A stretch of 64,000 bases of DNA. It comes from Nitrospirota bacterium. Its GTDB lineage: Bacteria; Nitrospirota; 9FT-COMBO-42-15; HDB-SIOI813. This document shows, one piece after another, positions 29,150 through 37,982 of the stretch; the first letter of the stretch is position 1, and every line of letters starts with the position of its first letter. The stretch lies in contig JACRGV010000047.1 of assembly GCA_016212215.1 (NCBI GenBank), positions 2,680 to 66,679 on the forward strand. Reading direction: 5' to 3'. The notes under the pieces are model-generated. The model saw nothing but the letters and a program-made list of their open reading frames with translations. It searched no databases and was not told where the DNA came from. The position numbers were made by a program, and so were the translations under genes.

Positions 29150-29768
29150 GGAACCTGCTACAACTATTATCTTTATAAGGCATGGTAGTACTGATTTTCC
29201 TGAAGACCAGGTTTATAAAGGAGATAACGGCCCTCAGCTTAATAAGGAGGGGCTCTTATATGCACAAAAGCTGGGAGAATGGATTAAGGGAGAGGATATT
29301 GTTGCAGTACTTGTAAGCCCATCAAAAAGGACTATTGAAACAGCAACTCCTATTGTAAAATCACTTAATTTAGAGTATAAGATTATGGACGAGCTAAAGG
29401 AACGAGATTTCGGTATATGGGAAGGGCTTACCTTTAGTGAGATAGAGAATCAGTATCCGGAAGGACTTAAAAAGTGGAAGGAAGACCCGATTAGTTATAC
29501 ACCCGAAGGAGGTGAATCAATAGTAGATCTTCAAAAACGGGTTAATAATATTGTTGAGAGAGTAGTTAATGAGTTTAAAAGAAAGAAGGTAGTGGTAGTT
29601 GCTCACATGGGGCCTATAAGGGTAGCTGTGACACAGGCATTGCAAATACCTTTAATTAACTACCGGCATCTACAGATACGCCCCTGCTCAGCTACAAGGA
29701 TTGATTATGGTATAACGGCTGCAAACCTTTTTTATCTTGGGATGCTGCCGGGGGGGAACAAACCGTAA
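29139..29768 (+). CDS. Histidine phosphatase family protein (phosphoglycerate-mutase-like)
   Basis: N-terminal IIFIRHGSTDF (RHG catalytic motif). 209 aa. Confidence 0.7.
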   Translation: MRVKEPATTIIFIRHGSTDFPEDQVYKGDNGPQLNKEGLLYAQKLGEWIKGEDIVAVLVSPSKRTIETATPIVKSLNLEYKIMDELKERDFGIWEGLTFSEIENQYPEGLKKWKEDPISYTPEGGESIVDLQKRVNNIVERVVNEFKRKKVVVVAHMGPIRVAVTQALQIPLINYRHLQIRPCSATRIDYGITAANLFYLGMLPGGNKP

Positions 29769-29885
29769 AGACAGTGAATAGTAAATAGTGAATAGTAAAT
29801 AGTGAATAGTGACAAGAAGTAAGAAGTTAGAAGCAAGACGTAAGAAGTAAGAAGATTTAACTTTTTTTAGAAAGGAGATTACAAC

Positions 29886-30239
29886 ATGTGTGGAACAGGA
29901 TCAGGAGCAGGACACGGTCATTCTCATGGGACATTATCGGAGGCTGAAAAGGCTTGTGCCGATTTAAGGAATGACCTGACAGAGGTTTTAGGTTTAATAA
30001 ATAAATTCGAATACCAGAAGGCGGTAATGAGTGGTGCTGATTTCCCGGCGGCTGGTGAGGTGGTACATACCCTTGAACACCTGCTTGAGGATGAAAAAGA
30101 ACATGCCGCAATGCTGATGGAGCTTATCGCTGAGATTGATGTTGCCCAGAGGGAAAAGTTTGAAAGCAATGGGGATGAAGATGAACATGAACATGTACCG
30201 GGCCACGAACACGGTCATGCGCATGGACATGCACACTAA
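29886..30239 (+). CDS. Histidine-rich putative metal-binding protein
   Basis: N-terminus GHGHSHG and C-terminus HEHVPGHEHGHAHGHAH His tracts, with EH-containing helices in between. Confidence 0.45.
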   Translation: MCGTGSGAGHGHSHGTLSEAEKACADLRNDLTEVLGLINKFEYQKAVMSGADFPAAGEVVHTLEHLLEDEKEHAAMLMELIAEIDVAQREKFESNGDEDEHEHVPGHEHGHAHGHAH

Positions 30240-30244
30240 AAGAC

Positions 30245-30355
30245 AGTGGTTAGTGAATAGTGGTTAGTGGTTAGTGGAGTATAAAAAATACGAAGTAATA
30301 GTAAGTTGTTTACAACTAACTAACCACTCGTCACTAACCACTAACCACTAAAAAA
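30245..30355. repeat. Two heptamer arrays in inverted orientation (GGTTAGT x n ... CCACTAA x n) that can form a long hairpin
   Basis: gtggttagtgaatagtggttagtggttagtgg ... ccactcgtcactaaccactaaccact flanking about 45 nt. Confidence 0.7.
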
Positions 30356-30371
30356 AGAGAGGGGGGTGTTA

Positions 30372-31397
30372 ATGGGGGAAGATCAAAAACCGCAAGGGTC
30401 TTGGGGCAGCGGCCCTGACTTCATGTTTGTTATGAAGATTGCCTCTGCTTACTGGAGTTCAAGGGTATTGCATACAGCAAACCGGCTGGATGTATTTTCG
30501 AAACTTGACGGCAGGGAGGCAACAGTAGAAGAGCTTGCAGCTCAGTGTAATGCTGATAAACGTGGCTTGGATATTCTGCTGATAGCCTGTACCGGACTTG
30601 GTTTGTTAAATCGTAAAGATGGAAAGTACAGCAATACAGAGGTTTCTGATTACTTCCTTGTTAAGGGCAGGGAACGGTATCAGGGCGGTATTGTATCAAT
30701 GTTTGATGACTGGTACACACCTTGGCTTGGATTGCCCGAATCAGTGGTTACAGGCAAACCTGCTATCCAGAAGCCGCATGATATAAGCGAAGAGGCTACA
30801 AGAAATTATATAATGGGCATGCATGACAGAGGTGTCGGGCAGGCATACCTGCTGGCTGATACAGTAGATTTAAAAGGTAAGAAGCAGATGCTTGATATTG
30901 CCGGCGGGCCGGGGCAATTTACAATCTTCTTATGTAAAAAGACTCCGGGCATGAAGGGAATCGTTTTTGACCTGCCGCAAACGCTGAAGATTACAAGAGA
31001 GATTATAAAAAGATACAATTCCGAAGACCAGGTGACGACCATGGAAGGTGACTACCTAAAAGACAATTTTGGTTCAGGTCATGATGTAGTGTTACTTTCC
31101 TCAATGATGAACCAGGAATCTCCTGATGTAAACAAAAAGACATTTAAGAAGGCTTATGACTCAATGGTAAGCGGCGGTATTTTGATTTTACAGGAGCAGA
31201 TGCTTAATGCAGACAAGACCGGACCTGAACTTTCAGCATTAATCGGTGTAAATCAGCTTATTCATACCCCGGCTGGAGCGGCCTATTCTGAAAAAGAAAT
31301 AACAGATTGGCTTGAAGAGGCGGGCTTCAGGGGGATTGAATTTAAGAAACTCACCCAGCCGAGTCCTTTTAGAGTTCTGACTGCAACAAAACCATAA
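30372..31397 (+). CDS. Class I SAM-dependent O-methyltransferase (dimerisation domain plus methyltransferase domain)
   Basis: LDIAGGPGQFTIFL glycine-rich SAM motif, acidic FDLP motif, about 340 aa. The ATG at 30372 lies just after the GTG used by the ORF track. Confidence 0.7.
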   Translation: MGEDQKPQGSWGSGPDFMFVMKIASAYWSSRVLHTANRLDVFSKLDGREATVEELAAQCNADKRGLDILLIACTGLGLLNRKDGKYSNTEVSDYFLVKGRERYQGGIVSMFDDWYTPWLGLPESVVTGKPAIQKPHDISEEATRNYIMGMHDRGVGQAYLLADTVDLKGKKQMLDIAGGPGQFTIFLCKKTPGMKGIVFDLPQTLKITREIIKRYNSEDQVTTMEGDYLKDNFGSGHDVVLLSSMMNQESPDVNKKTFKKAYDSMVSGGILILQEQMLNADKTGPELSALIGVNQLIHTPAGAAYSEKEITDWLEEAGFRGIEFKKLTQPSPFRVLTATKP

Positions 31398-31432
31398 CAA
31401 CAGTGAATAGTGATTAGTGCTTAGTGAATAGT

Positions 31433-31464
31433 AAACGGATAGGTAAATCTATCCGTTTTTTTTG
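31433..31464 (+). terminator. Rho-independent terminator downstream of the O-methyltransferase gene
   Basis: aacggatagg-taaat-ctatccgtt hairpin followed by TTTTTTTT. Confidence 0.7.
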
Positions 31465-31484
31465 ACCGGAAAGGAGATTAGATT

Positions 31485-32291
31485 ATGTTCAGAAACAAAT
31501 CCTTCTTTATCAGGCTTCTTTTTTTATTTGCAGTTTCAATACTGCTTTCTTCTACAGCTTATGCTGCAATGACCGGTTTGGATATCATGAAAAAGGTAGA
31601 AGATCTCCCGGCTGGAGATGACCAGAAGTCTACAGTTACCCTTACACTTATCTCTGCACAGGGACAGGAGAAGAAGATTATTACAAAGAGGTACTGGAAA
31701 AATAACAGGGGAAAAGATGGATTTTACAGTAAGACAATATTTTTTACAACCCATCCCCCGGATTCAAAAGGTACAGGCTTTCTGATCTGGGATTATGCAG
31801 AAGAGGGAAAGGTTGACGGCCTCTGGCTTTATCTTCCTGCCCTTAGAAAGGTAAGCGTAATATCTACAAGGAGTCAGGATGATGCCTTTATGGGGTCAGA
31901 CCTTACGTTTGCAGATATGGGGCAAAGGCGTCTTAATGAGGATACCCATGATTTTGTCGGTGAGAAGCCTTGCGATGGGCAGACATGTTATGTTGTTGAA
32001 AGCAGACCTAAGGAACAGGGGTCAGCTTACAGTAAAAGGATTTTCTGGATACTGAAGGATGACTGGAGGACAGTGAAAATAGAGTACTTTGATCAGAAAA
32101 AAGAGCCGCTGAAGGTTCAGAATATAACATGGCAGAAGAGCGGCAATCTATGGGTATGGAAGGCCGCTACTGTAAAAAATACGCAGACAGGTCATTCTAC
32201 TATATTTGAGATAAGTGATCTGAAGGTTAACAATGGATTTAAAGACGACCTGTTTTCAGAGAGGATGCTGAAACGCGGGGAGGGACCATAG
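31485..32291 (+). CDS. LolA-like / outer-membrane lipoprotein-sorting family protein (periplasmic)
   Basis: 268 aa with a signal peptide. Size and layout match the LolA-like proteins that accompany MMPL transporters. SD AAAGGAGA upstream. Confidence 0.45.
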   Translation: MFRNKSFFIRLLFLFAVSILLSSTAYAAMTGLDIMKKVEDLPAGDDQKSTVTLTLISAQGQEKKIITKRYWKNNRGKDGFYSKTIFFTTHPPDSKGTGFLIWDYAEEGKVDGLWLYLPALRKVSVISTRSQDDAFMGSDLTFADMGQRRLNEDTHDFVGEKPCDGQTCYVVESRPKEQGSAYSKRIFWILKDDWRTVKIEYFDQKKEPLKVQNITWQKSGNLWVWKAATVKNTQTGHSTIFEISDLKVNNGFKDDLFSERMLKRGEGP

Positions 32292-32474
32292 AATATTAAC
32301 AGACGATTTCTTATAATTTCATTTATTCTATGCAGCATGAAAATATTGTTATCATCGTCATTCAAAAATCCCTCCGGCGGGGTAAGAAAACCCCGCCTAT
32401 CCGGAGATATATCAAGGATAGGTGGGACATTCTTGTCCCACTCATTTTCACCGCCCTTCGTGAGCGATCTACTC

Positions 32475-34103
32475 ATGAACTTTTTCCTTGCAATAGCTTT
32501 AATAGGTAGTATCCTGTTTTATAACCCAGTGTTCGTGAGGGGAGAGGAGCCGCCTTCATCTGAAAGTATAAAGACTGAGGAGGCACCTCTTCCTGTACAA
32601 GAAGGCACTTCTATACCGGCCGGTACAACAGAGGTCAAGCCTTCTGCAAATGAAGAAATACCACCACAGCCCGGCCCTCAAATAGAAGCCCCTGCATTGC
32701 CGCCTGCTGAAGGTACAGTTCAGGGGATTATGGAAGAAACCGTACCTCCTTCACCTCCCCGTGGTATATTAACATGGCTCAATGAAGAGGTGTTGAAGGA
32801 TATTGAGGTAAGAGGATACCTTAAGAATGAAACTGCCTACAGATATGTGAGTCCATCTGCATTTGCGAAGATTTTAAATATACTTCAGGTTGAACCTTCT
32901 TATTCGTTTAATTCAAGTATCAAGCTAAGTGCGAGGGCATGGGTCTATTACGACCTTGCTTATGATATACAGGATGTGGGGAATATTGCACCAATTAAGG
33001 CATTTACATTCATCCAGCCGCCGGGTGCGGGAGGGGCAGAACCTAAGATAGAAAACCTTAGGACGATTCAGACGGATAAATATGGTATTGACCTCAAGGA
33101 GATTTACTTCGACCTTTTCTTCGGAAGTATGGACTTCAGGGTAGGGAAGCAGATTATCAGGTGGGGCATTGTAGAAGGCTGGCGTATACTTGACGATGTG
33201 AACCCGCTTGATTTTAAGGAACATATATTGCGGGATGTTTCCGACAGATACATACCTTTGTGGATGTTAAAGGCCGATTATTATGTCGGTCCGATTACTA
33301 TTGAAGGCTTATGGATTCCAGATTTAAAGGGGCATGAACCTGCACCGCTCCGTTCCGAATGGTCTCAGTTTCAGAAACTTCCCGGTCTGGTAAGGATCCC
33401 GAGGACTATTAAAAACAGTGAGGGCGGCTTACGAACTTCAGGTATGTTGGGTGGGTATGAATTTGCATTGACATATTTTTATACATGGGATGACTTCCCG
33501 ACTGCCTTCAGGTCAGTTGCAGGGCTTGGTCTCGGTAATATCGGCATTTCTCCGACAGTTGATTTTACCCCAAGATACAGGAGGAATACTGAATACGGGC
33601 TTGGGCTTGCAAAGAGTTTTGGGAAAATAGTCCTTGAAGGCGAAGTAGCTTATGTGGATGGAAAGTATTGGGGAACGTGCACAGGATGCACTCCAACCGG
33701 AGGAACATTCGGCGAGCTTCAAAGGGATTATTGGAAACATGTTATGGGGGTGAAAACAGTTCTTTTTGGGGCGGATATTTCTGTAAATTTTTCACAGGAT
33801 ATAATCCTGAATCATCATAAAGATATACAGCAAAAAAGACATGAAGATGCAGCCTCTCTTTTTGCAAGGAAGGAGATCCGCTATGGAACAATGGTACCTC
33901 AGCTTCTTGCGATTTCCCTTATTAATCGTCATGAGTATTTATTCAGACCTAAACTTGAATGGAGATATTCAGATAAGATAACATTCCTTTTTGGGCTTGA
34001 TATTTTCTCCGGTGACGCAGGGCCTGATCCCGGAAGGTTGAACTTCTTCGGATATTTTGATGATGATGACCGTGCCTATATGGAGGTTAAGTACAGCTTT
34101 TGA
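32475..34103 (+). CDS. Porin-like outer-membrane protein (DUF1302-like). The ORF track start at 32337 lies in a REP element; the likely start is MNFFLAIAL at 32475.
   Basis: Signal peptide, about 540 aa, beta-strand periodicity, C-terminal ...MEVKYSF. Located between the LolA-like and MMPL genes. Confidence 0.5.
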   Translation: MNFFLAIALIGSILFYNPVFVRGEEPPSSESIKTEEAPLPVQEGTSIPAGTTEVKPSANEEIPPQPGPQIEAPALPPAEGTVQGIMEETVPPSPPRGILTWLNEEVLKDIEVRGYLKNETAYRYVSPSAFAKILNILQVEPSYSFNSSIKLSARAWVYYDLAYDIQDVGNIAPIKAFTFIQPPGAGGAEPKIENLRTIQTDKYGIDLKEIYFDLFFGSMDFRVGKQIIRWGIVEGWRILDDVNPLDFKEHILRDVSDRYIPLWMLKADYYVGPITIEGLWIPDLKGHEPAPLRSEWSQFQKLPGLVRIPRTIKNSEGGLRTSGMLGGYEFALTYFYTWDDFPTAFRSVAGLGLGNIGISPTVDFTPRYRRNTEYGLGLAKSFGKIVLEGEVAYVDGKYWGTCTGCTPTGGTFGELQRDYWKHVMGVKTVLFGADISVNFSQDIILNHHKDIQQKRHEDAASLFARKEIRYGTMVPQLLAISLINRHEYLFRPKLEWRYSDKITFLFGLDIFSGDAGPDPGRLNFFGYFDDDDRAYMEVKYSF

Positions 34104-34221
34104 GAAGCAAGAAGTAAGAAGTTAGAAGTAAGAAGTTAGAAGCAAGAAGCAAGAAGTTAGAAGTAAGAAAAAGGGTGCAATCGAATCCTTGCCCCCTTGA
34201 ACCCTTTATTTAGTAAGGAGT

Positions 34222-37200
34222 ATGACAATGTTACAAAAGCATATTCAACGTATTGTACGCTTTCCGGTTACTATTATTTTACTTACTATTTTTGCGACGT
34301 TGTTTTTTGGGTACCAGTTCAAAAGCCTGTTTATGGTACTGGATCCTAAGGCACTGCTTCCGCAGGAACATCCTTATGTGAAACTTAATAATGAGATAGA
34401 GAAACAATTCGGGGGGAGCCGTGTTGTCTTAATAGGTCTGGCATCAAAGGATGGAGATATATTCAATCCTTCAGACATAGAAAAGATAAGGCGTATAAAT
34501 GAAGAAGTAAAAAAGATACCGGGTATTCTGGAAAATAATGTCGTCAGCATTGCAGACAAAAAGGTGAAGTATGTAAAGGCAGAGGGTAATTCACTTGATA
34601 TAAAGGGTGTACTTGAAGGGATTGAATATACAGATGAAGGGATGAAAGAATTAAAGGAGAGGGTATATTCAAACCCTGCATTTATAAACAGCCTAGTTTC
34701 CGCAGACGGGAAAGTTGCTGCAATTATTCTGGATTTTAAAGGTGGTGCGAGTGACTGGCAGCAGAAGGCAGGGGGGGAGCAGAAAACAGAAGTAAGAAGT
34801 CAGAAGCAAGAAGTCAGCAGTAATCAGTCAGAAGTTAGAAGCAAGAAGCAAGAAGTAAGAAATGATGAGGCTGAAGGCGGAAGGCTGAAGGCTGAAGTAA
34901 GAAATGAGAAGCAAGAGACCAGTTCCACCCATGGGGGAGGGTCTCTATCCTTTTTCCCCTCCCCCTTGACGGGGGAGGGTAAGGGTGGGGGTGGTCTCGT
35001 TGCCTCTGCTTATGCGCAGGAAGATTGGAAGAAATGGCAAAAAGGCGGGGGGGCAGAGCAGAAGCAAGAAGCAGGAAAACAAGAGGCTGAAGGCGGAAGG
35101 CTGAAGGCTGAAGCAGGAAGCAAGAAGCAAGAAGGAGGCAACACTGAAACACCTTCCTCCCCTTCGACAGGGGAAGGCACAACACCACAGACTCCCTCCC
35201 CCTCGACGGGAGAGGGCACAACATCACAAATCCCCTCCCCCTCGACGGGGGAGGGTAAGGGTGGGGGTGAGCAAGGGAAGTGGCCTGCTGGTGGCGGTGA
35301 AGGCGGTTGGGGCGGAGCCGGCGGTGGTGAGGCAAATTGGGAGCAGTGGTATGTAAGTGACTCTACTATTCATAAAAAGATACTTGAGATTGTTGATAAA
35401 TATAAAGACGCAAATACTGATATATATGTTGGCGGTTTGCCGATAGCACTTTCTTTCCTTGAGGCAGATTCATTGAGGATGACGAAGTATGTGTATCCGC
35501 TTGCCCTGATAGTGATAATGATAGTTCTATATTTTGCATTCCAGAGTATACAGGGGATGATCCTGCCGATAGTTTGTGCACTTTTAAGCGTGGTATGGGC
35601 TGTAGGGTTAATGGGTGTATTTAAGATAGCTCTTGATCCATGGAATATGATGACCCCTATCTTAATCCTTGCTGTTGCCGCAGGACATTCTGTGCAGATT
35701 TTGAAAAGATACTATGAGGAACTTGGAAATGCCCCCCTCACCCATCCCTCTCCCCATTGGGGAGAGGGTAAGGGTGAGGGGGAGCGTGGGGGTGAGGATG
35801 ATCGCCACTGGGGCGTTATCGCCTCCCGTAAGGCTGTTGTGGATTCTCTATCTAAGATAGGGCCTGTTATGATAACAGCAGGTCTTGTAGCAGCGGCGAG
35901 CTTTGCGTCACTTGTTACATTTAAGTTAAAGACATTCCAGTCTTTTGGTATATTCACAGCCTTCGGAATCCTGAGTGCACTGATTCTTGAGATGACATTT
36001 ATTCCGGCGGCGAGGTCGTTGATGAAGCCACCTAAAAGACAGTTAGCAGTTAGCAGTAAGCAGTTAGCAGGAACTCCCTCCCCCTTGACGGGGGAGGGTC
36101 GGGGTGGGGGTGGGCTACTCGACCGCTTTATGCTCTCCATTTCACGTCTTGTTACTCATCGAAGCGGGTTTGTATGGGTTGGTCTTTTGGTTGTTATTGC
36201 CTTTTCTGTTTACGGGATTGAACACTTAACTATCATAAATAGCCTGAAAGGGCTTTTCTTTGAATCAACACAATTCAGGAAGGATGATGCGGCATTAAAT
36301 AAGAGCTTCGGGGGAACTGCGACTTTTTATGTTTATTTAGAAGGTGACAAGGAAGACAGTCTGAAAAATCCTGAAGTGCTGCGTGCTATAGAGAGCCTTC
36401 AGAAAGAGATAGAGAGCGTACCTGAGGTCGGTAAGACCCAGTCGTTTGTTGACTATGTTAAATCAATGAATCAGAGTATGCATGGCGGAGACCCTGCATA
36501 TCGTGTTATTCCTGCTGACCAGCAGACAATTTCAGAATATCTCTTTCTGTTTACTATCTCAGGGTCACAGGGAGAGATGGACAGGTTTCTTGATTACCAG
36601 TATCAGAAGAGTGTTATCTGGGTATTTTTAAGGGATGACAGCACGGTGTTAGGGCAGAGGTTGATTGATATAGTTAATAAATATGGGGGGGGAGTAGAAG
36701 CAAGAAGTAAGAAGCAAGAAGTAAGAAAGGATGAGGCTGAAGGTGGAAGGCTGAAGGCTGAAGTCAGAAATGAAAAAGCAGAAGTAAGAAGTAAGACGCA
36801 AGAAACAACGGTTCCCTCCCCCCTTGCGGGGGAGGGTCAGGGTGGGGGGGATCGCTTCCCTCCCGGCATCAAGGTTGGTGTTGCCGGCAGTATCCCTGTT
36901 ATGATGGCGCTCAATCAGACGATGGTGGCAGGTAAGATATGGAATATCCTGCAGATAGCAGGGATTGTGTTTGTTATATCCGCCATTGTTCTCAGGTCTG
37001 TGATTGGGGGTATCCTTGTGCTTCTGCCGCTTGGTGTAGCGGTACTTGTGAACTTTGGGGTACTTGGAATAGCAGGAATAGGGCTTGGTGTGGGTACTGC
37101 GGCCATCTCTGCAATGGCAGTCGGTTTCGGGGCTGATTATTCGATTTATATGGTGTACCGGCTTAGGGAAGAAGCAAGAAGCAAGAAGCAAGAAGAAAAA

Positions 37201-37479
37201 GAAGAGAAGTCAGAAGTAAGAAGTCAGAAGCAAGAAGCAAGAAGTAAGAAAGAAGATATTGATGAGGCAATTAAAAGGACACTCTTAACTGCAGGTAAAG
37301 CTATTGTTTTTGTAGCCGCAGCAATGAGCGTCGGCGGTATTACGCTTCTGTTCACTGGATATTATTTGCACATGGAAGGTTTTTTAGTTCCACTTGCCAT
37401 GTTTACAAGCTCTTTGTCAACATTGATTGTATTACCTGCGGTGGTGGCTTTGGTGAGGCCGAGGTTTATCTATAGGTAA
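34222..37479 (+). CDS. MMPL/RND-superfamily transporter (HpnN-like) carrying five in-frame insertions of repeat elements
   Basis: Two sets of six TM helices plus periplasmic loops (GGLPIALSFLEAD..., AGHSVQILKRYYEE, GFGADYSIYMVYRL). The hydrophobic cores are interrupted by low-complexity segments encoded by heptamer and REP repeats. Confidence 0.75.
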   Translation: MTMLQKHIQRIVRFPVTIILLTIFATLFFGYQFKSLFMVLDPKALLPQEHPYVKLNNEIEKQFGGSRVVLIGLASKDGDIFNPSDIEKIRRINEEVKKIPGILENNVVSIADKKVKYVKAEGNSLDIKGVLEGIEYTDEGMKELKERVYSNPAFINSLVSADGKVAAIILDFKGGASDWQQKAGGEQKTEVRSQKQEVSSNQSEVRSKKQEVRNDEAEGGRLKAEVRNEKQETSSTHGGGSLSFFPSPLTGEGKGGGGLVASAYAQEDWKKWQKGGGAEQKQEAGKQEAEGGRLKAEAGSKKQEGGNTETPSSPSTGEGTTPQTPSPSTGEGTTSQIPSPSTGEGKGGGEQGKWPAGGGEGGWGGAGGGEANWEQWYVSDSTIHKKILEIVDKYKDANTDIYVGGLPIALSFLEADSLRMTKYVYPLALIVIMIVLYFAFQSIQGMILPIVCALLSVVWAVGLMGVFKIALDPWNMMTPILILAVAAGHSVQILKRYYEELGNAPLTHPSPHWGEGKGEGERGGEDDRHWGVIASRKAVVDSLSKIGPVMITAGLVAAASFASLVTFKLKTFQSFGIFTAFGILSALILEMTFIPAARSLMKPPKRQLAVSSKQLAGTPSPLTGEGRGGGGLLDRFMLSISRLVTHRSGFVWVGLLVVIAFSVYGIEHLTIINSLKGLFFESTQFRKDDAALNKSFGGTATFYVYLEGDKEDSLKNPEVLRAIESLQKEIESVPEVGKTQSFVDYVKSMNQSMHGGDPAYRVIPADQQTISEYLFLFTISGSQGEMDRFLDYQYQKSVIWVFLRDDSTVLGQRLIDIVNKYGGGVEARSKKQEVRKDEAEGGRLKAEVRNEKAEVRSKTQETTVPSPLAGEGQGGGDRFPPGIKVGVAGSIPVMMALNQTMVAGKIWNILQIAGIVFVISAIVLRSVIGGILVLLPLGVAVLVNFGVLGIAGIGLGVGTAAISAMAVGFGADYSIYMVYRLREEARSKKQEEKEEKSEVRSQKQEARSKKEDIDEAIKRTLLTAGKAIVFVAAAMSVGGITLLFTGYYLHMEGFLVPLAMFTSSLSTLIVLPAVVALVRPRFIYR

Positions 37480-37616
37480 GCCATGGAGAGAAGTAAGAAG
37501 TAAGAAGCAAGAGGCAAGAAGTAAGAAGTAAGAAGTAAGAAGATAGAAGTAAGAAGATAGAAGTAAGAAGTAAGAAGTTAGACATAAGACATAAGACATA
37601 AGACTTTAGAGGCAAG
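37480..37616. repeat. Long heptamer tandem array (AAGTAAG, AAGATAG, ACATAAG variants)
   Basis: agaagtaagaagtaagaagcaagaggcaagaagtaagaagtaagaagtaagaagatagaagtaagaagatagaagtaagaagtaagaagttagacataagacataagacataagac. Confidence 0.9.
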
Positions 37617-37982
37617 ATGGCGATACGGAGTTATAGGGATTTAAATGTATACTCACTTTCATATAGCCTCGCTATGGAGGTATTTCATATAACATTACGT
37701 TTTCCAAAAGAGGAAATGTATTCCTTGAGCAGCCAGATTAGGAACTCCTCAAGGTCGATACCTGCAAATATTGCTGAAGGGTGGGCAAAGCGAATATACG
37801 AGAATATTTTCAAACGGCACCTTGTTGATGCAATAGGCTCAACATGCGAAACTATAGTATGGTTAGATTTTGCATTAGACTGTAAGTATATTGACAACAA
37901 TAATCATTTGAAATTATCTGAAAATTATAAAGAAGTTGGAAAAATGTTAAATGGCCTACTTGAAAACTGGCAAACCTATTAA
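37617..37982 (+). CDS. Four-helix-bundle protein (23S rRNA intervening-sequence protein family)
   Basis: 121 aa. YRDLNVYSLSYSLAMEVFHIT...PANIAEGW matches the family signature (dL.VyQ.a..l...i......P.NIAEG). Confidence 0.7.
   Translation: MAIRSYRDLNVYSLSYSLAMEVFHITLRFPKEEMYSLSSQIRNSSRSIPANIAEGWAKRIYENIFKRHLVDAIGSTCETIVWLDFALDCKYIDNNNHLKLSENYKEVGKMLNGLLENWQTY

Noticed and set aside
34835-35335. Antisense ORFs inside the MMPL gene (34835..35335, 34945..35130, 35010..35219, 35712..36140, 36649..37191)
   Set aside because: They are generated by the stop-poor reverse strand of in-frame heptamer and REP insertions (LLLASCF-type translation). The sense-strand MMPL frame is continuous and has clear domain architecture.
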